DNA of 26,627 nucleotides. Source: Escherichia phage vB_EcoM-613R2. Location: sequence record ON470591.1. The stretch is one strand, 5' to 3'. The notes under the pieces are model-generated. The model worked only from the letters and a program-made list of their open reading frames with translations, did no database searches and was not told where the DNA came from. Of this stretch, positions 1 through 8,612 are shown piece by piece; the first letter of the stretch is position 1, and every line of letters begins with the position of its first letter. A program made the position numbers and the translations under genes.

Positions 1-120
1 ATGATTCCCAGCCAGAAACCTGCGGTAAACTCATCGTTCAGCAATATGCTGTCCGGCTTCAAAGATAAGGTGACATCATCCCTTAACAGCGCGGCCAGTT
101 CAGTTAAAGGGCTGTTCTGA
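1..120 (+). CDS. Short open frame running from the window edge to a TGA at 118-120 (39 codons); possibly the 3' end of a gene that starts outside the window
   Basis: Open frame from base 1 to a stop at 118-120; no recognisable motif; too short to judge. Not in the ORF track because it is under 60 aa. Confidence 0.2.
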   Translation: MIPSQKPAVNSSFSNMLSGFKDKVTSSLNSAASSVKGLF

Positions 121-282
121 TTTAATGCTGGCCACTCATACCTGGTAATAAGTGGTCAGTCTTAACACTCACCATTTGATTGCACCCGTGTTGACGATTT
201 GTTACTGGATATCAGACACGCTGGATAGCCAGTAGAAACATACCATTAAAATTATTACAATAATTGGTCACATGATTATCTT

Positions 283-846
283 ATGCTGAATAATAAAGAT
301 ATGAATATTAATGAACTTAAAGACTGTATTCACTATGAAGTAATCGGTAGCGAGCGTCCTTTCTCCTGGCGAAAGGCAATTGTTCGCGCAATAAAACATA
401 GAAGGGTTCGTTATTTATTTTGGTGGCGCATAGCCAAATACCTTTTTGATAAAGGCGGATACTGTCGGAAGATTGCGGGAAAAATAGAACGTTTCATTCT
501 TGATAAATATAATGTAACAGTCCCTTTAACTGTAAATATAGGGAAAGGCTTTGATATTTCTTATCTCAACAGTGTTGTTATCGGTCACAAAGTAACAATC
601 GGTGAAAATTGTTCAATTAAGCCCGGAGTAACTATTGGACTTCGCGGGGAATTTAATGATATGGATATTGTTATAGGGCATAATGTGACCATTGGTTGTA
701 ATGCCACCATTCTTGGTGGCAAAGTGCGTATAGGAAACAATGTCACAATAGGTGCTCATGCATTGGTATTGCATGATATTCCTGATGATTCAACATTCAT
801 CACTAAATTTCAGTCTGAAGTTATCTGCTCGTCCTCCCGAACATAA
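283..846 (+). CDS. Hexapeptide-repeat (left-handed beta-helix) acetyltransferase, WcaB/CysE-like
   Basis: ATG at 283. The translation carries consecutive [LIV]-G-x-x-x-x hexads ([24 protein letters not shown] ... [40 protein letters not shown]), the pattern of serine/polysaccharide O-acetyltransferases. It is the only plus-strand gene, visibly more AT-rich than its neighbours, and its 3' end overlaps the 3' end of tfa by 37 bp. Confidence 0.8.
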   Translation: MLNNKDMNINELKDCIHYEVIGSERPFSWRKAIVRAIKHRRVRYLFWWRIAKYLFDKGGYCRKIAGKIERFILDKYNVTVPLTVNIGKGFDISYLNSVVIGHKVTIGENCSIKPGVTIGLRGEFNDMDIVIGHNVTIGCNATILGGKVRIGNNVTIGAHALVLHDIPDDSTFITKFQSEVICSSSRT

Positions 847-1427
847 CCCTGATTCATCAGCTCTGGCCATACGATATCCGGAGCTGTACTGGTGTCAATT
901 CTACTCACTAATACTCTGTATTTTCTCCAGGAATCCAGTTGTGAATTTTCCTCGTTTGTTGCTATTTCAAGATTAACTGCATCCTGCAGAATTGCGATGT
1001 TATCTGTTGCTTCCTGGATCAACCTTGCCTTTTTCTCTTCCGCTTCCCGTATCCGAAACAGTTTTTCTGCTTCCTCATCATTCACCCAGGATACGCCGTC
1101 CCACTTCTGATACTCCCCTGCTGGCGACAACCAGGTGACATTCTCTGGTAGCGGTCCGAGTTCAGAAATAAACAATGCGTCCCCCGACGCCACGTCATAG
1201 ACCGTTTTACCACGATGGTCTTCAACAATATTCCACGATTCATTTTCACTGTTAAAAACTGCCACAAAGCCAGCAGGAATTTCCGGTGGGGCGATATCTG
1301 TAGAATTAGCTGGCAGCCCTGTATGAGGTGGAATATATGCGTCACCTTCACCAATAAACTCATTAGTTCCGGCCAGCAGGTTATAAATTTTTACGGTACG
1401 TGATTGTTCACTCATTCTGAATGCCAT
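810..1427 (-). CDS. tfa: Tail fiber assembly protein (lambda Tfa family)
   Basis: The N-terminus [46 protein letters not shown] matches what I recall of lambda Tfa and the E. coli cryptic-prophage Tfa proteins. Its ATG overlaps the TAA of the tail fiber gene (TAATG), directly downstream of the fiber. Confidence 0.9.
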   Translation of the reverse strand: MAFRMSEQSRTVKIYNLLAGTNEFIGEGDAYIPPHTGLPANSTDIAPPEIPAGFVAVFNSENESWNIVEDHRGKTVYDVASGDALFISELGPLPENVTWLSPAGEYQKWDGVSWVNDEEAEKLFRIREAEEKKARLIQEATDNIAILQDAVNLEIATNEENSQLDSWRKYRVLVSRIDTSTAPDIVWPELMNQGYVREDEQITSD

Positions 1428-4273
1428 TATGCAAGCCTCACAATATAATTAAATGCGATGTTTTTAACGGTGTTTTCCGCGTTACCAGCAGCGTTAACGG
1501 TGATGGTGTGTCCATGTGAACCAATCTTAACAGAGTGCGTATGAGCGCCAATACCAACAGTGTGTGCATGTGCCCCAGCACTTGTAGCGGTACCTGATAC
1601 TGAGTGGGTATGTGCGCCAGAAGAAGGCACAGTTCCATTCCCCACCACCGTGCCACTTGATGAACCATCCAGCCAGTCGAAATTCATACCGCCACTGTTT
1701 GGTCTCCTTAATGGAACGGTATGAGTATGTGCGCCAGCACTATTTGCAGTACCAGATACATTGTGGGTATGTGCACCTGTGTTATTCGTTGATTTAGTAC
1801 CGTAATCAAACGACGATGTGGTTTTCGTACCCAAATCCGTACTGGATGCGCTGGCACTGTGGGTGTGCGATTTAATGCCATCCTGTTCCTGAGACAATAC
1901 GGCCCGACCACTGGCGGGTTTGCCCTTGATTGTCCAGCCGCGCATATCTGGAATAACACCAGAAGGATAGGCAATAGCCAGTTTCGGATATGCTGCCTTA
2001 TCAAACGTCTGCCCCTGCATGATTGCATAACCTGCAGGTGGCGTATCTGATGGCCACGGCAGCGGAACACCTGGCGGAAACGCTTCAATATTTGCCGAGC
2101 CGTCAAATTTTACGCCGTTAATTGTCCTTGCCGTTTTCAGCTTTGTTGCTGTAGCAGCATTGCCGGATAGTTCGCCTGAAAGACCACCGCTGAATGTCTG
2201 TTTCGCCATCCATGTCTGAGCTTCGTCGATAATTGGCACACGTCTTGTCGTGATCGTGCGGCTTCCCGGATTTCCTGAAATGCGAACCATAAAAAAGCGG
2301 TAGTTGGCTTTACTTACAGTGCTGCGCCATACATGCATTGAGCGTCCCGAACCAGAATCATCACTCGGACCGACTGAGATGTTTATCAGGTTGCCATCAA
2401 TGACGCCCCAGTCCATACCGTCGGGAATATTGGTCATGTTATCAAGCCGAACGGTTATCAGACTGCCCGGCACAAAATCGTAGGTCTGCCAGTCCAGGCT
2501 GGTGAGCTTTGCCACAGCACCGCCGATACCCAGATTCAGGGGAAGTGAATACGAGGTGTAGACTTCCCGCCATTCGCTCCATGAGCTGCCGGTAAAGACG
2601 CGCTCAAAGGTGCGGCCTTTAAGGGTTGTACCTGTTCCGGCAGTTGTATAACGCTGCCATACATTAACACCATCAAACCGCCTCAACACTTCCAGAATGC
2701 CGAGTACAGTCACGCCGTTTCCGTCCAGTACTGGACCGTTGGTCGCTTTACCTGTAACGCTGTAAATACCTGGTGAGGTTACATCATTCAAATCACCTTC
2801 GTAATAACGACTCTCTGACTGATGACCGACTCTTAACCACGGTTCCCACTGCGGATTTGATGCATCCCAGCTTGCCGCAAGACAGCGGACATACATATTT
2901 CCACGGCGAGTGGTATAACGTTGCGTTCTTCCATAATTTCCGCCTTCGAGGATCTCAAGCATCCCCTGAGCAAAGCCGCCTTCCTCTGGATAATTGCGTT
3001 CATATGAAGCTATAGCTGAGCTACTGTTACGCCATAAACCAAGATGCTCGGCGGCTCCAAGCGTATTCAGGTCTATAGTCGTACTCAAAGGGCGGGTAGC
3101 AGATTGAGTGTGACGCCATACGCCCCACGGACCATCAGTGCCATTCCACTTATTGGCGAGTTTACGCATGTATACATTGCCGTCTCTCGTGGTAAAGCGT
3201 TGCGTACCTGCAAAATGGCCGGCAGCAAAAACCTCAAGCACACCGACAGCATTATCTTCCGGGAAATTTTTCTCCAGTGTTGCGTTGGTGGATGTTGCTT
3301 TAGACCAGATACCTGAATAAGCCTTAACAGGACCAAACGTATTCAGATCAGCATCAAGCGGCATTTCGCCATTGTTTTTCATAAACGTCAGGCTGGTAAC
3401 GCCAACATTGTCCAGAAAAGCTGATTTATCCTGGATATCTGCACCGTTCTGATTTTTCGCCAGACGTGAATTTGCGTTGTCATTTGCTGCCTTGACCGCT
3501 TTTGGCGTTGCCGCCTGCGTTTCAGACGTACTGTTAGTGGCACTACTGAGCTGAACTATCCCTTTTTGTGCCGTGGTGGCATTCTGGGCGGTATATTTTC
3601 CGTCAGCCAGGTCATATGCAGCCTTAACAGCCTTAGGCGTCGCTGCGAGCTTTTCAGACGTGCTATTGGTGGCATTACTGAGTTGAACAATGCCTTTTGA
3701 TGTTAAAGTTGCATCAGGATGATTACGTGATTGCTCATGTTTTACAATAGCTTGCTTAAGCCGCTTTGCTGAAACAGCCAGGGAATCATCTGTACCTGCA
3801 TCAATTTCTTGTTCATTAGCAAATCTTGCTACTCCAACAACAGTTTCGGTTGCGGGAGGGTTAATAAACTCAACATCACCAAATGTAATGTTTTTAGTAT
3901 CAAGATTTTTAATTGCTATATCACTTGATATTAAAGCAATTGTAGAAGATGCTTTATTTATTATTACTTGTTCTTGCGAGTATACAGCAAACAATGTTCC
4001 TTTATTTGTATACAAACCTATTGTATGGACAACATACTCATCTTTACTATCATCCTTCGCAGTTACATGAATGGTATCAGGAGAAACGACTTTGCCTCCT
4101 ATTGTGGTAAGTCGCTTTATTTCATCTGTTATTTTTGTTTGTGTGGTTGATGTGGCATAATATCTACTACCTAAACCAACAGAAACGATCTCAACTTTAT
4201 TTGTTCCAGTCTTGTTGGCATTAACCAGCGCCTTACGCCCGGCGTCAGTCATCGTAAATAATAATTTACTCAC
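1427..4273 (-). CDS. Tail fiber protein (P2 H / lambda Stf-like long fiber)
   Basis: 948 aa. GTG start at 4273 preceded by AAGGA. Two tandem copies of the phage fiber repeat ([26 protein letters not shown]), internal R(F/Y)TTR.GN.Y.R repeats, and a His-rich C-terminus with repeated G-A-H-T-H-(S/N/T)-V motifs typical of fiber receptor-binding tips. Lies between the baseplate I gene and tfa. Confidence 0.9.
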   Translation of the reverse strand: MSKLLFTMTDAGRKALVNANKTGTNKVEIVSVGLGSRYYATSTTQTKITDEIKRLTTIGGKVVSPDTIHVTAKDDSKDEYVVHTIGLYTNKGTLFAVYSQEQVIINKASSTIALISSDIAIKNLDTKNITFGDVEFINPPATETVVGVARFANEQEIDAGTDDSLAVSAKRLKQAIVKHEQSRNHPDATLTSKGIVQLSNATNSTSEKLAATPKAVKAAYDLADGKYTAQNATTAQKGIVQLSSATNSTSETQAATPKAVKAANDNANSRLAKNQNGADIQDKSAFLDNVGVTSLTFMKNNGEMPLDADLNTFGPVKAYSGIWSKATSTNATLEKNFPEDNAVGVLEVFAAGHFAGTQRFTTRDGNVYMRKLANKWNGTDGPWGVWRHTQSATRPLSTTIDLNTLGAAEHLGLWRNSSSAIASYERNYPEEGGFAQGMLEILEGGNYGRTQRYTTRRGNMYVRCLAASWDASNPQWEPWLRVGHQSESRYYEGDLNDVTSPGIYSVTGKATNGPVLDGNGVTVLGILEVLRRFDGVNVWQRYTTAGTGTTLKGRTFERVFTGSSWSEWREVYTSYSLPLNLGIGGAVAKLTSLDWQTYDFVPGSLITVRLDNMTNIPDGMDWGVIDGNLINISVGPSDDSGSGRSMHVWRSTVSKANYRFFMVRISGNPGSRTITTRRVPIIDEAQTWMAKQTFSGGLSGELSGNAATATKLKTARTINGVKFDGSANIEAFPPGVPLPWPSDTPPAGYAIMQGQTFDKAAYPKLAIAYPSGVIPDMRGWTIKGKPASGRAVLSQEQDGIKSHTHSASASSTDLGTKTTSSFDYGTKSTNNTGAHTHNVSGTANSAGAHTHTVPLRRPNSGGMNFDWLDGSSSGTVVGNGTVPSSGAHTHSVSGTATSAGAHAHTVGIGAHTHSVKIGSHGHTITVNAAGNAENTVKNIAFNYIVRLA
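3476..3718 (-). repeat. Two tandem in-frame copies of the phage tail fiber repeat inside the fiber gene
   Basis: Protein residues about 186-222 and 231-266 are near-identical ([31 protein letters not shown] versus [31 protein letters not shown]); the underlying DNA is visibly repeated. Confidence 0.8.
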
Positions 4274-4303
4274 GCTTAATTCCTTGGATTAACAAATCGC
4301 AAA

Positions 4304-4885
4304 TTAGCACTCACCAATTAATCGTACATAAGACACAGGCTGGAAAGCACCGACAATACCAACACCACCTGAAACATTGGTTGCTTGCGAAAATGTAAAT
4401 AGTGTTCTTGCCGACTTTGCACTCTTGATACTTCTTAACGTATCCTCCAACATCTCTTTCGAAGGAACAGCACCATCAAAAGAGTTAATCGAAGCAACAA
4501 TTGAGGCTGTATATGGTTCGCCAGGTGGTGATGTTTCAAACCATTCTGTTATGTTTACCTCTCCACCCAAGCTATTTACTACATCTTCAACCGCTGCCCT
4601 TGTACCCTTTATTCGCTTTGTTCGTATTATTGATTTAAAAACAGAACGCTTTAACAATACAGGCCAACTATCCCTCCATGTATCAGCATTCCATTGCCAA
4701 GCTAAATGATCGAGAACAACTGAGTCCAGGTTATCAACAACGCTATATATTTCTGTCTTATATATTAAATTGTTAATTGCTTGTAGTTCATCATCAATAG
4801 CTTTCGACATAGCTATCACGTTGGGATCGCTAGCTAAGTTAGGAGGTAAAACATCCAACAAGCTAACATTAAAGATATCAGCCAT
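4304..4885 (-). CDS. Baseplate protein, P2 gpI-like (tail protein I)
   Basis: 193 aa immediately upstream of the fiber gene and downstream of the J-like gene, with an 8 bp stop/start overlap with J. Size and position fit gpI; the call rests mainly on synteny. Confidence 0.7.
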   Translation of the reverse strand: MADIFNVSLLDVLPPNLASDPNVIAMSKAIDDELQAINNLIYKTEIYSVVDNLDSVVLDHLAWQWNADTWRDSWPVLLKRSVFKSIIRTKRIKGTRAAVEDVVNSLGGEVNITEWFETSPPGEPYTASIVASINSFDGAVPSKEMLEDTLRSIKSAKSARTLFTFSQATNVSGGVGIVGAFQPVSYVRLIGEC

Positions 4886-6002
4886 CCTCTAACCCCGCAT
4901 ACTGGCAATTTATATTTCTCTCTCTGGCGACCTGTGTCTCTCCAATCACAGTAAAAACAGGACTTGATATTTCTAATCTTTTAGCCCCAGCATTTTTTAA
5001 ACGTTGAATAATTTCATCTGGATTTATATCTCTTCCCATAACCGAACGTTGCCATTGTTTATACTCATCAATAGCTTTCTCAACCTCACTTTGAATTAAA
5101 GTTGTTCTGTTTTTGTCCGATGAGTTAATCCAGTATTTAATTATTATATCGTATTCAATGCTCTCTGGTTTCTTAACAAGAACTTTATCTGTGAATGGTC
5201 GAATATTAGTTGCAGAGAGAACGCTATTTATCTGCTCTAATAGTTCATTAGAAGGTATATCTCCGTTCTCTAACAAAGAACGGATTTCTACAATTCCGGG
5301 CGATGGTGTATATACATTCACATCTTTTATATTCTGATTGGCTGTTCTTGTCCAATATTTATAAGAATCCTCCGGCCCTGCTGTAGACAGTTTTTCCGGC
5401 GACAGTTTTATTCTTTCAGCATAATTATCATCTGACTCCGTATCAGCACCAGAATTAGATGTTGTTACATTCCTTACGCTGGAAACATACGGCAACGGAG
5501 TCACCAACTCATTTATTTGCCCTGGTAAAAAGCCATTCCCAGATAAACCAGGTATAACAGCATATCCTGAGACTGTACCAACTGTTTTCCCAGCAGGTAT
5601 TTCCAACAAAATATCTGTTTGGAAAATAACACCATTTCCAGTTGAAACTTGAGTGCCAGCAGGTATTGTATATATCCCCGATAATTTTGTTGACAGATTA
5701 AACTCAAATGTAGTCAAGGCAGATTGAGCTTCCAGCCTAGGCGTATCCGTCAGATAGCCTATATGGTCGAGATATTCACCTTCACCATATGTAAGAAGGT
5801 TTTGTTTTGCAGAAAAATCGATAGCTTTTCTTTGCTGTATAATAATCTCACACAATGATAAGATGAATAATCTACGTGGATCAGCAGGTGCTAATGTTTC
5901 ACCTGTTATACTCTCAAAAGCCCTGATTGAACGAGTTGTTATATCAGTCGGGTTAGAATCTGCGAAAGTAATATCTGGCAAACCACCACGCGGCAACGTC
6001 AT
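4878..6002 (-). CDS. Baseplate protein J (P2 gpJ / Mu gp47 family)
   Basis: 374 aa; ATG overlaps the W-like stop (ATGA). Size and position match the baseplate wedge protein J that precedes gpI and the fiber in P2/Mu-type tails. Confidence 0.8.
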   Translation of the reverse strand: MTLPRGGLPDITFADSNPTDITTRSIRAFESITGETLAPADPRRLFILSLCEIIIQQRKAIDFSAKQNLLTYGEGEYLDHIGYLTDTPRLEAQSALTTFEFNLSTKLSGIYTIPAGTQVSTGNGVIFQTDILLEIPAGKTVGTVSGYAVIPGLSGNGFLPGQINELVTPLPYVSSVRNVTTSNSGADTESDDNYAERIKLSPEKLSTAGPEDSYKYWTRTANQNIKDVNVYTPSPGIVEIRSLLENGDIPSNELLEQINSVLSATNIRPFTDKVLVKKPESIEYDIIIKYWINSSDKNRTTLIQSEVEKAIDEYKQWQRSVMGRDINPDEIIQRLKNAGAKRLEISSPVFTVIGETQVARERNINCQYAGLEDG

Positions 6003-6319
6003 TCTCTAACTCCTATCACAAGTTTTGGCCTAATAAAACCATCAGAAACGTCCGTTCTTTCAAAAGTAACAGAATGGATAATCGCTCTAGGCTCAAACTC
6101 ACTAATTTTTTGAATTATTTCTCGTGTTGCTGTAGCAATAAAAATTGGACTAGGGCTATCAACAAGACTTGAATTAATTCCTAATTTTCTGGCATATGGT
6201 ACAGTGCCAATTTGAGTATTAATAATAGTAGAGACATTTTGCAAAACTTCTTCTACAACTGTTTTGGGCGACCAATCAATCGAGTAAGAAGGTGATGATA
6301 TGGTAAACGTATTATTCAT
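5999..6319 (-). CDS. Baseplate protein W (GPW/gp25-like)
   Basis: 106 aa, 4 bp overlap with both neighbours. Size and a hydrophobic/EPR core segment resemble P2 gpW; position directly upstream of J. Confidence 0.7.
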   Translation of the reverse strand: MNNTFTISSPSYSIDWSPKTVVEEVLQNVSTIINTQIGTVPYARKLGINSSLVDSPSPIFIATATREIIQKISEFEPRAIIHSVTFERTDVSDGFIRPKLVIGVRE

Positions 6320-6783
6320 AATAATTTACCTAACGCACTTCTAGTTTTTGACTCTATATTGCCAGCAATATCAACTAATGCTTCTTTCAGAGAGGTCTGT
6401 CCGACTTCCTGTAATTTAATGCCGACGATAATCACTCGTGGATTCCCAGTTGGACCGAAATAAGTCCATGATTCCTCTATATCTGTAATTATAAAATTAC
6501 CAAAATACTGAATACCAATTACAACAGGATTTACTTCCTGAATTGATTGCATTGTCCTAAGTAATGAAAGCGCAGCCAATGGAACAATGCCAAGTGTTGT
6601 ATCCAACCGCATATTAAAACTAACTTCATCCAGATCTGGACCTATATCCTCCAGAACAGGTTTAAGCCCAATAACATCATGGCGCGCTACACGACGCTTT
6701 GACGTCCTTTTAAAATTGTTGAACGTATTCACCACTATTGATGAGGCAACAAAAGGCATTGTACCAAGCATACCCACAATCAT
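6316..6783 (-). CDS. Hypothetical protein in the baseplate module (between the V-like and W-like genes)
   Basis: 155 aa, translationally coupled on both sides (ATGA overlaps). No motif I can recognise. A gene at this position is not part of the canonical P2 V-W-J-I order. Confidence 0.6.
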   Translation of the reverse strand: MIVGMLGTMPFVASSIVVNTFNNFKRTSKRRVARHDVIGLKPVLEDIGPDLDEVSFNMRLDTTLGIVPLAALSLLRTMQSIQEVNPVVIGIQYFGNFIITDIEESWTYFGPTGNPRVIIVGIKLQEVGQTSLKEALVDIAGNIESKTRSALGKLL

Positions 6784-7400
6784 GCCTGAGCCTCCGTTGT
6801 CGGAGCGTATTCCCCCTGAGCTGTGTGATGGTGGCCTTTAGATTTAATCCCATCAACATCTATATCACCACCAACAACCTTAACATTCCCAGAAATTGTA
6901 GCTGCAACACCTCCAGCAGAAGATCCTTTCATTCCACCTTTGAAGGTTAGTAATCCTTCAACTGTAGCATTTCCGGTAATGATGGTTTCTGGAGCATCAA
7001 TAGTTACGGTTCCTGTAGCCTTAATGGTTACATCTCCGACAGCATCAACAAGGAGTAAATTAGATTCTCTGTCTATCTCAATACGAGTTCCGTTATTAAA
7101 TCTAATGACGCGTTTATTAACAGTATTAGATGGCGGCTTCTGTGTTTCATCATAAAAACTACCAAGAATAAAACCTTGTTGCGGCCCCGCGGGATGAAAG
7201 ATACACAAAACTTGCTCACCAATATCTGGCATCCAGTAATCAGCATTCTTATCTGTATTTTTCACAATAACTGATAACTTTGCCGAAGTGACGTTATCCT
7301 GATCATCGAAAGTAACTCTTGCTGTAACATCACCATCATCAATATCAGAAACAACGCCAACTCTTATAGTCTGACGTAATAATGTTTCTAAATCATTCAT
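6780..7400 (-). CDS. Baseplate spike/hub protein, P2 gpV-like
   Basis: 206 aa. The N-terminal region (VGVVSDIDDGDVTARVTFDD) and a Gly-rich C-terminal half with repeated V-x-G-x-V segments and an HHH stretch fit gpV-type spike proteins; lies upstream of the W-like gene. Confidence 0.75.
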   Translation of the reverse strand: MNDLETLLRQTIRVGVVSDIDDGDVTARVTFDDQDNVTSAKLSVIVKNTDKNADYWMPDIGEQVLCIFHPAGPQQGFILGSFYDETQKPPSNTVNKRVIRFNNGTRIEIDRESNLLLVDAVGDVTIKATGTVTIDAPETIITGNATVEGLLTFKGGMKGSSAGGVAATISGNVKVVGGDIDVDGIKSKGHHHTAQGEYAPTTEAQA

Positions 7401-7402
7401 AA

Positions 7403-8404
7403 TTAATACCCATTAATTACTCTTCGGACATCAATCGAGGTGGTATAACCACTAGTCCCAATTGAATGCACAGCTTTCGATATAAGATATTTTCCAGAAA
7501 ATGAACCGAATCCCTCCAGATTTATAGTTACACCAGCTACCAATCTGGTGTCTCCAACCAATACTAAAGATCCGGTATTTTGATATCTATTTTTAAGCCG
7601 CAAAGCAGCCTTTGCCTTACGTTTTGCTTCATCTAAATTAGCTACCAGTTTTCTTATCTTAAGATTCGACCCTTCTTCTACGGATGGATCTACCCAAGTA
7701 TACGAAAGCGACTTTCTTTTTTTAGGTACGCGATATTTGCACGTGCAACTTTTATACAAATCTGTAGATTGTGTGCTAAAGCTATATCTGATTATCTCAT
7801 CAATACCTAACGTAAGCGTAGCGATAGGATCTTTTTGCTCAAACATCTCTTGAGCAAATATTATTAATTGGCTATCAGTGACCTTTAACGACAACCCTTC
7901 ATCCTGGCAAAGTCGATGGAGAAATTTTAAATCGCTTTCCTCCATTTGATCTTCACGCGCATAATATGGATTACTATCACCATCAATAAGAAACAACAGT
8001 TCAAGGTTAGCTAATTTAGCTATAGAAGTTGCTATATCTTTAAGAGTTGTTTTTTCCCATGCATTACTTTTTAAATCACGTCTAATGCCTGATGAAACAG
8101 GAACAGAAACAGCAGTTACCTCAACCACAGAAGGTGGTCCAGAGCAAGTTATGCCATCTACCTGGAATTTCCCGCACTCAAGGACGATTTGATTTATAGG
8201 CTTAAAGCTCAAATCAATAAAATCACCCTTTTTAGGTGTCCAGTCTCCAGACCATTTCCCATCATCATTTTTTAATATAATAGAAATATCATCGACCTGA
8301 CCATCTTCATTATCTGTATAAGACATTGACAAAACATCAGGTGACATATGAGCGGTAATATTTACATTCTGATATATAACATCAAAAAGCGTTTTACGTA
8401 ACAC
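7403..8404 (-). CDS. Tail/baseplate hub protein, P2 gpD-like (late control D family)
   Basis: 333 aa. GTG start at 8404 with GGAGA upstream. Positioned between the X-like and V-like genes as in many P2/Mu-type tail modules. Assignment is by size and synteny. Confidence 0.65.
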   Translation of the reverse strand: MLRKTLFDVIYQNVNITAHMSPDVLSMSYTDNEDGQVDDISIILKNDDGKWSGDWTPKKGDFIDLSFKPINQIVLECGKFQVDGITCSGPPSVVEVTAVSVPVSSGIRRDLKSNAWEKTTLKDIATSIAKLANLELLFLIDGDSNPYYAREDQMEESDLKFLHRLCQDEGLSLKVTDSQLIIFAQEMFEQKDPIATLTLGIDEIIRYSFSTQSTDLYKSCTCKYRVPKKRKSLSYTWVDPSVEEGSNLKIRKLVANLDEAKRKAKAALRLKNRYQNTGSLVLVGDTRLVAGVTINLEGFGSFSGKYLISKAVHSIGTSGYTTSIDVRRVINGY

Positions 8405-8612
8405 TATTGCGTCTCCACGGAGGAAAATTGTTTACTGATATTGGCATAACCGGAGCATCAGGAACTTTAAGAATAATTCCCGCAGAAAAAAGCACCGTAA
8501 AGCGGTGCTCAGTATTAGCATCAATAAGAAGATAAGACAGGTACTCATTACCATACAACTTTAAAGCGATACTATCCCATGAGTCCCCTTGAACCGTTCT
8601 ATAATCATCCAA
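8394..8612 (-). CDS. Tail protein X-like (LysM-like small tail protein)
   Basis: 72 aa. TTG start at 8612 (the only start available after the upstream in-frame stop), preceded by GGAG. The motif RTVQGDSWDSIALKLYG resembles the gpX/LysM-like signature (G-D-T-L-x-x-I-A-x-x-Y-G). Confidence 0.6.
   Translation of the reverse strand: MDDYRTVQGDSWDSIALKLYGNEYLSYLLIDANTEHRFTVLFSAGIILKVPDAPVMPISVNNFPPWRRNSVT

Noticed and set aside
752-1403. Several plus-strand ORFs of 62-74 aa (752-976, 892-1110, 1215-1403)
   Set aside because: All are antisense to the well-supported tfa gene (or overlap the acetyltransferase 3' end out of frame), with no Shine-Dalgarno or conserved features. Treated as non-coding frames.
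283-4273. Possible invertible tail fiber segment (Mu G / e14 P type), because a plus-strand gene converges on tfa
   Set aside because: The plus-strand gene encodes an acetyltransferase rather than an alternative fiber C-terminus or Tfa, no invertase (Gin/Pin/Hin-like) gene is present, and I saw no inverted crossover repeats flanking the fiber and tfa genes.
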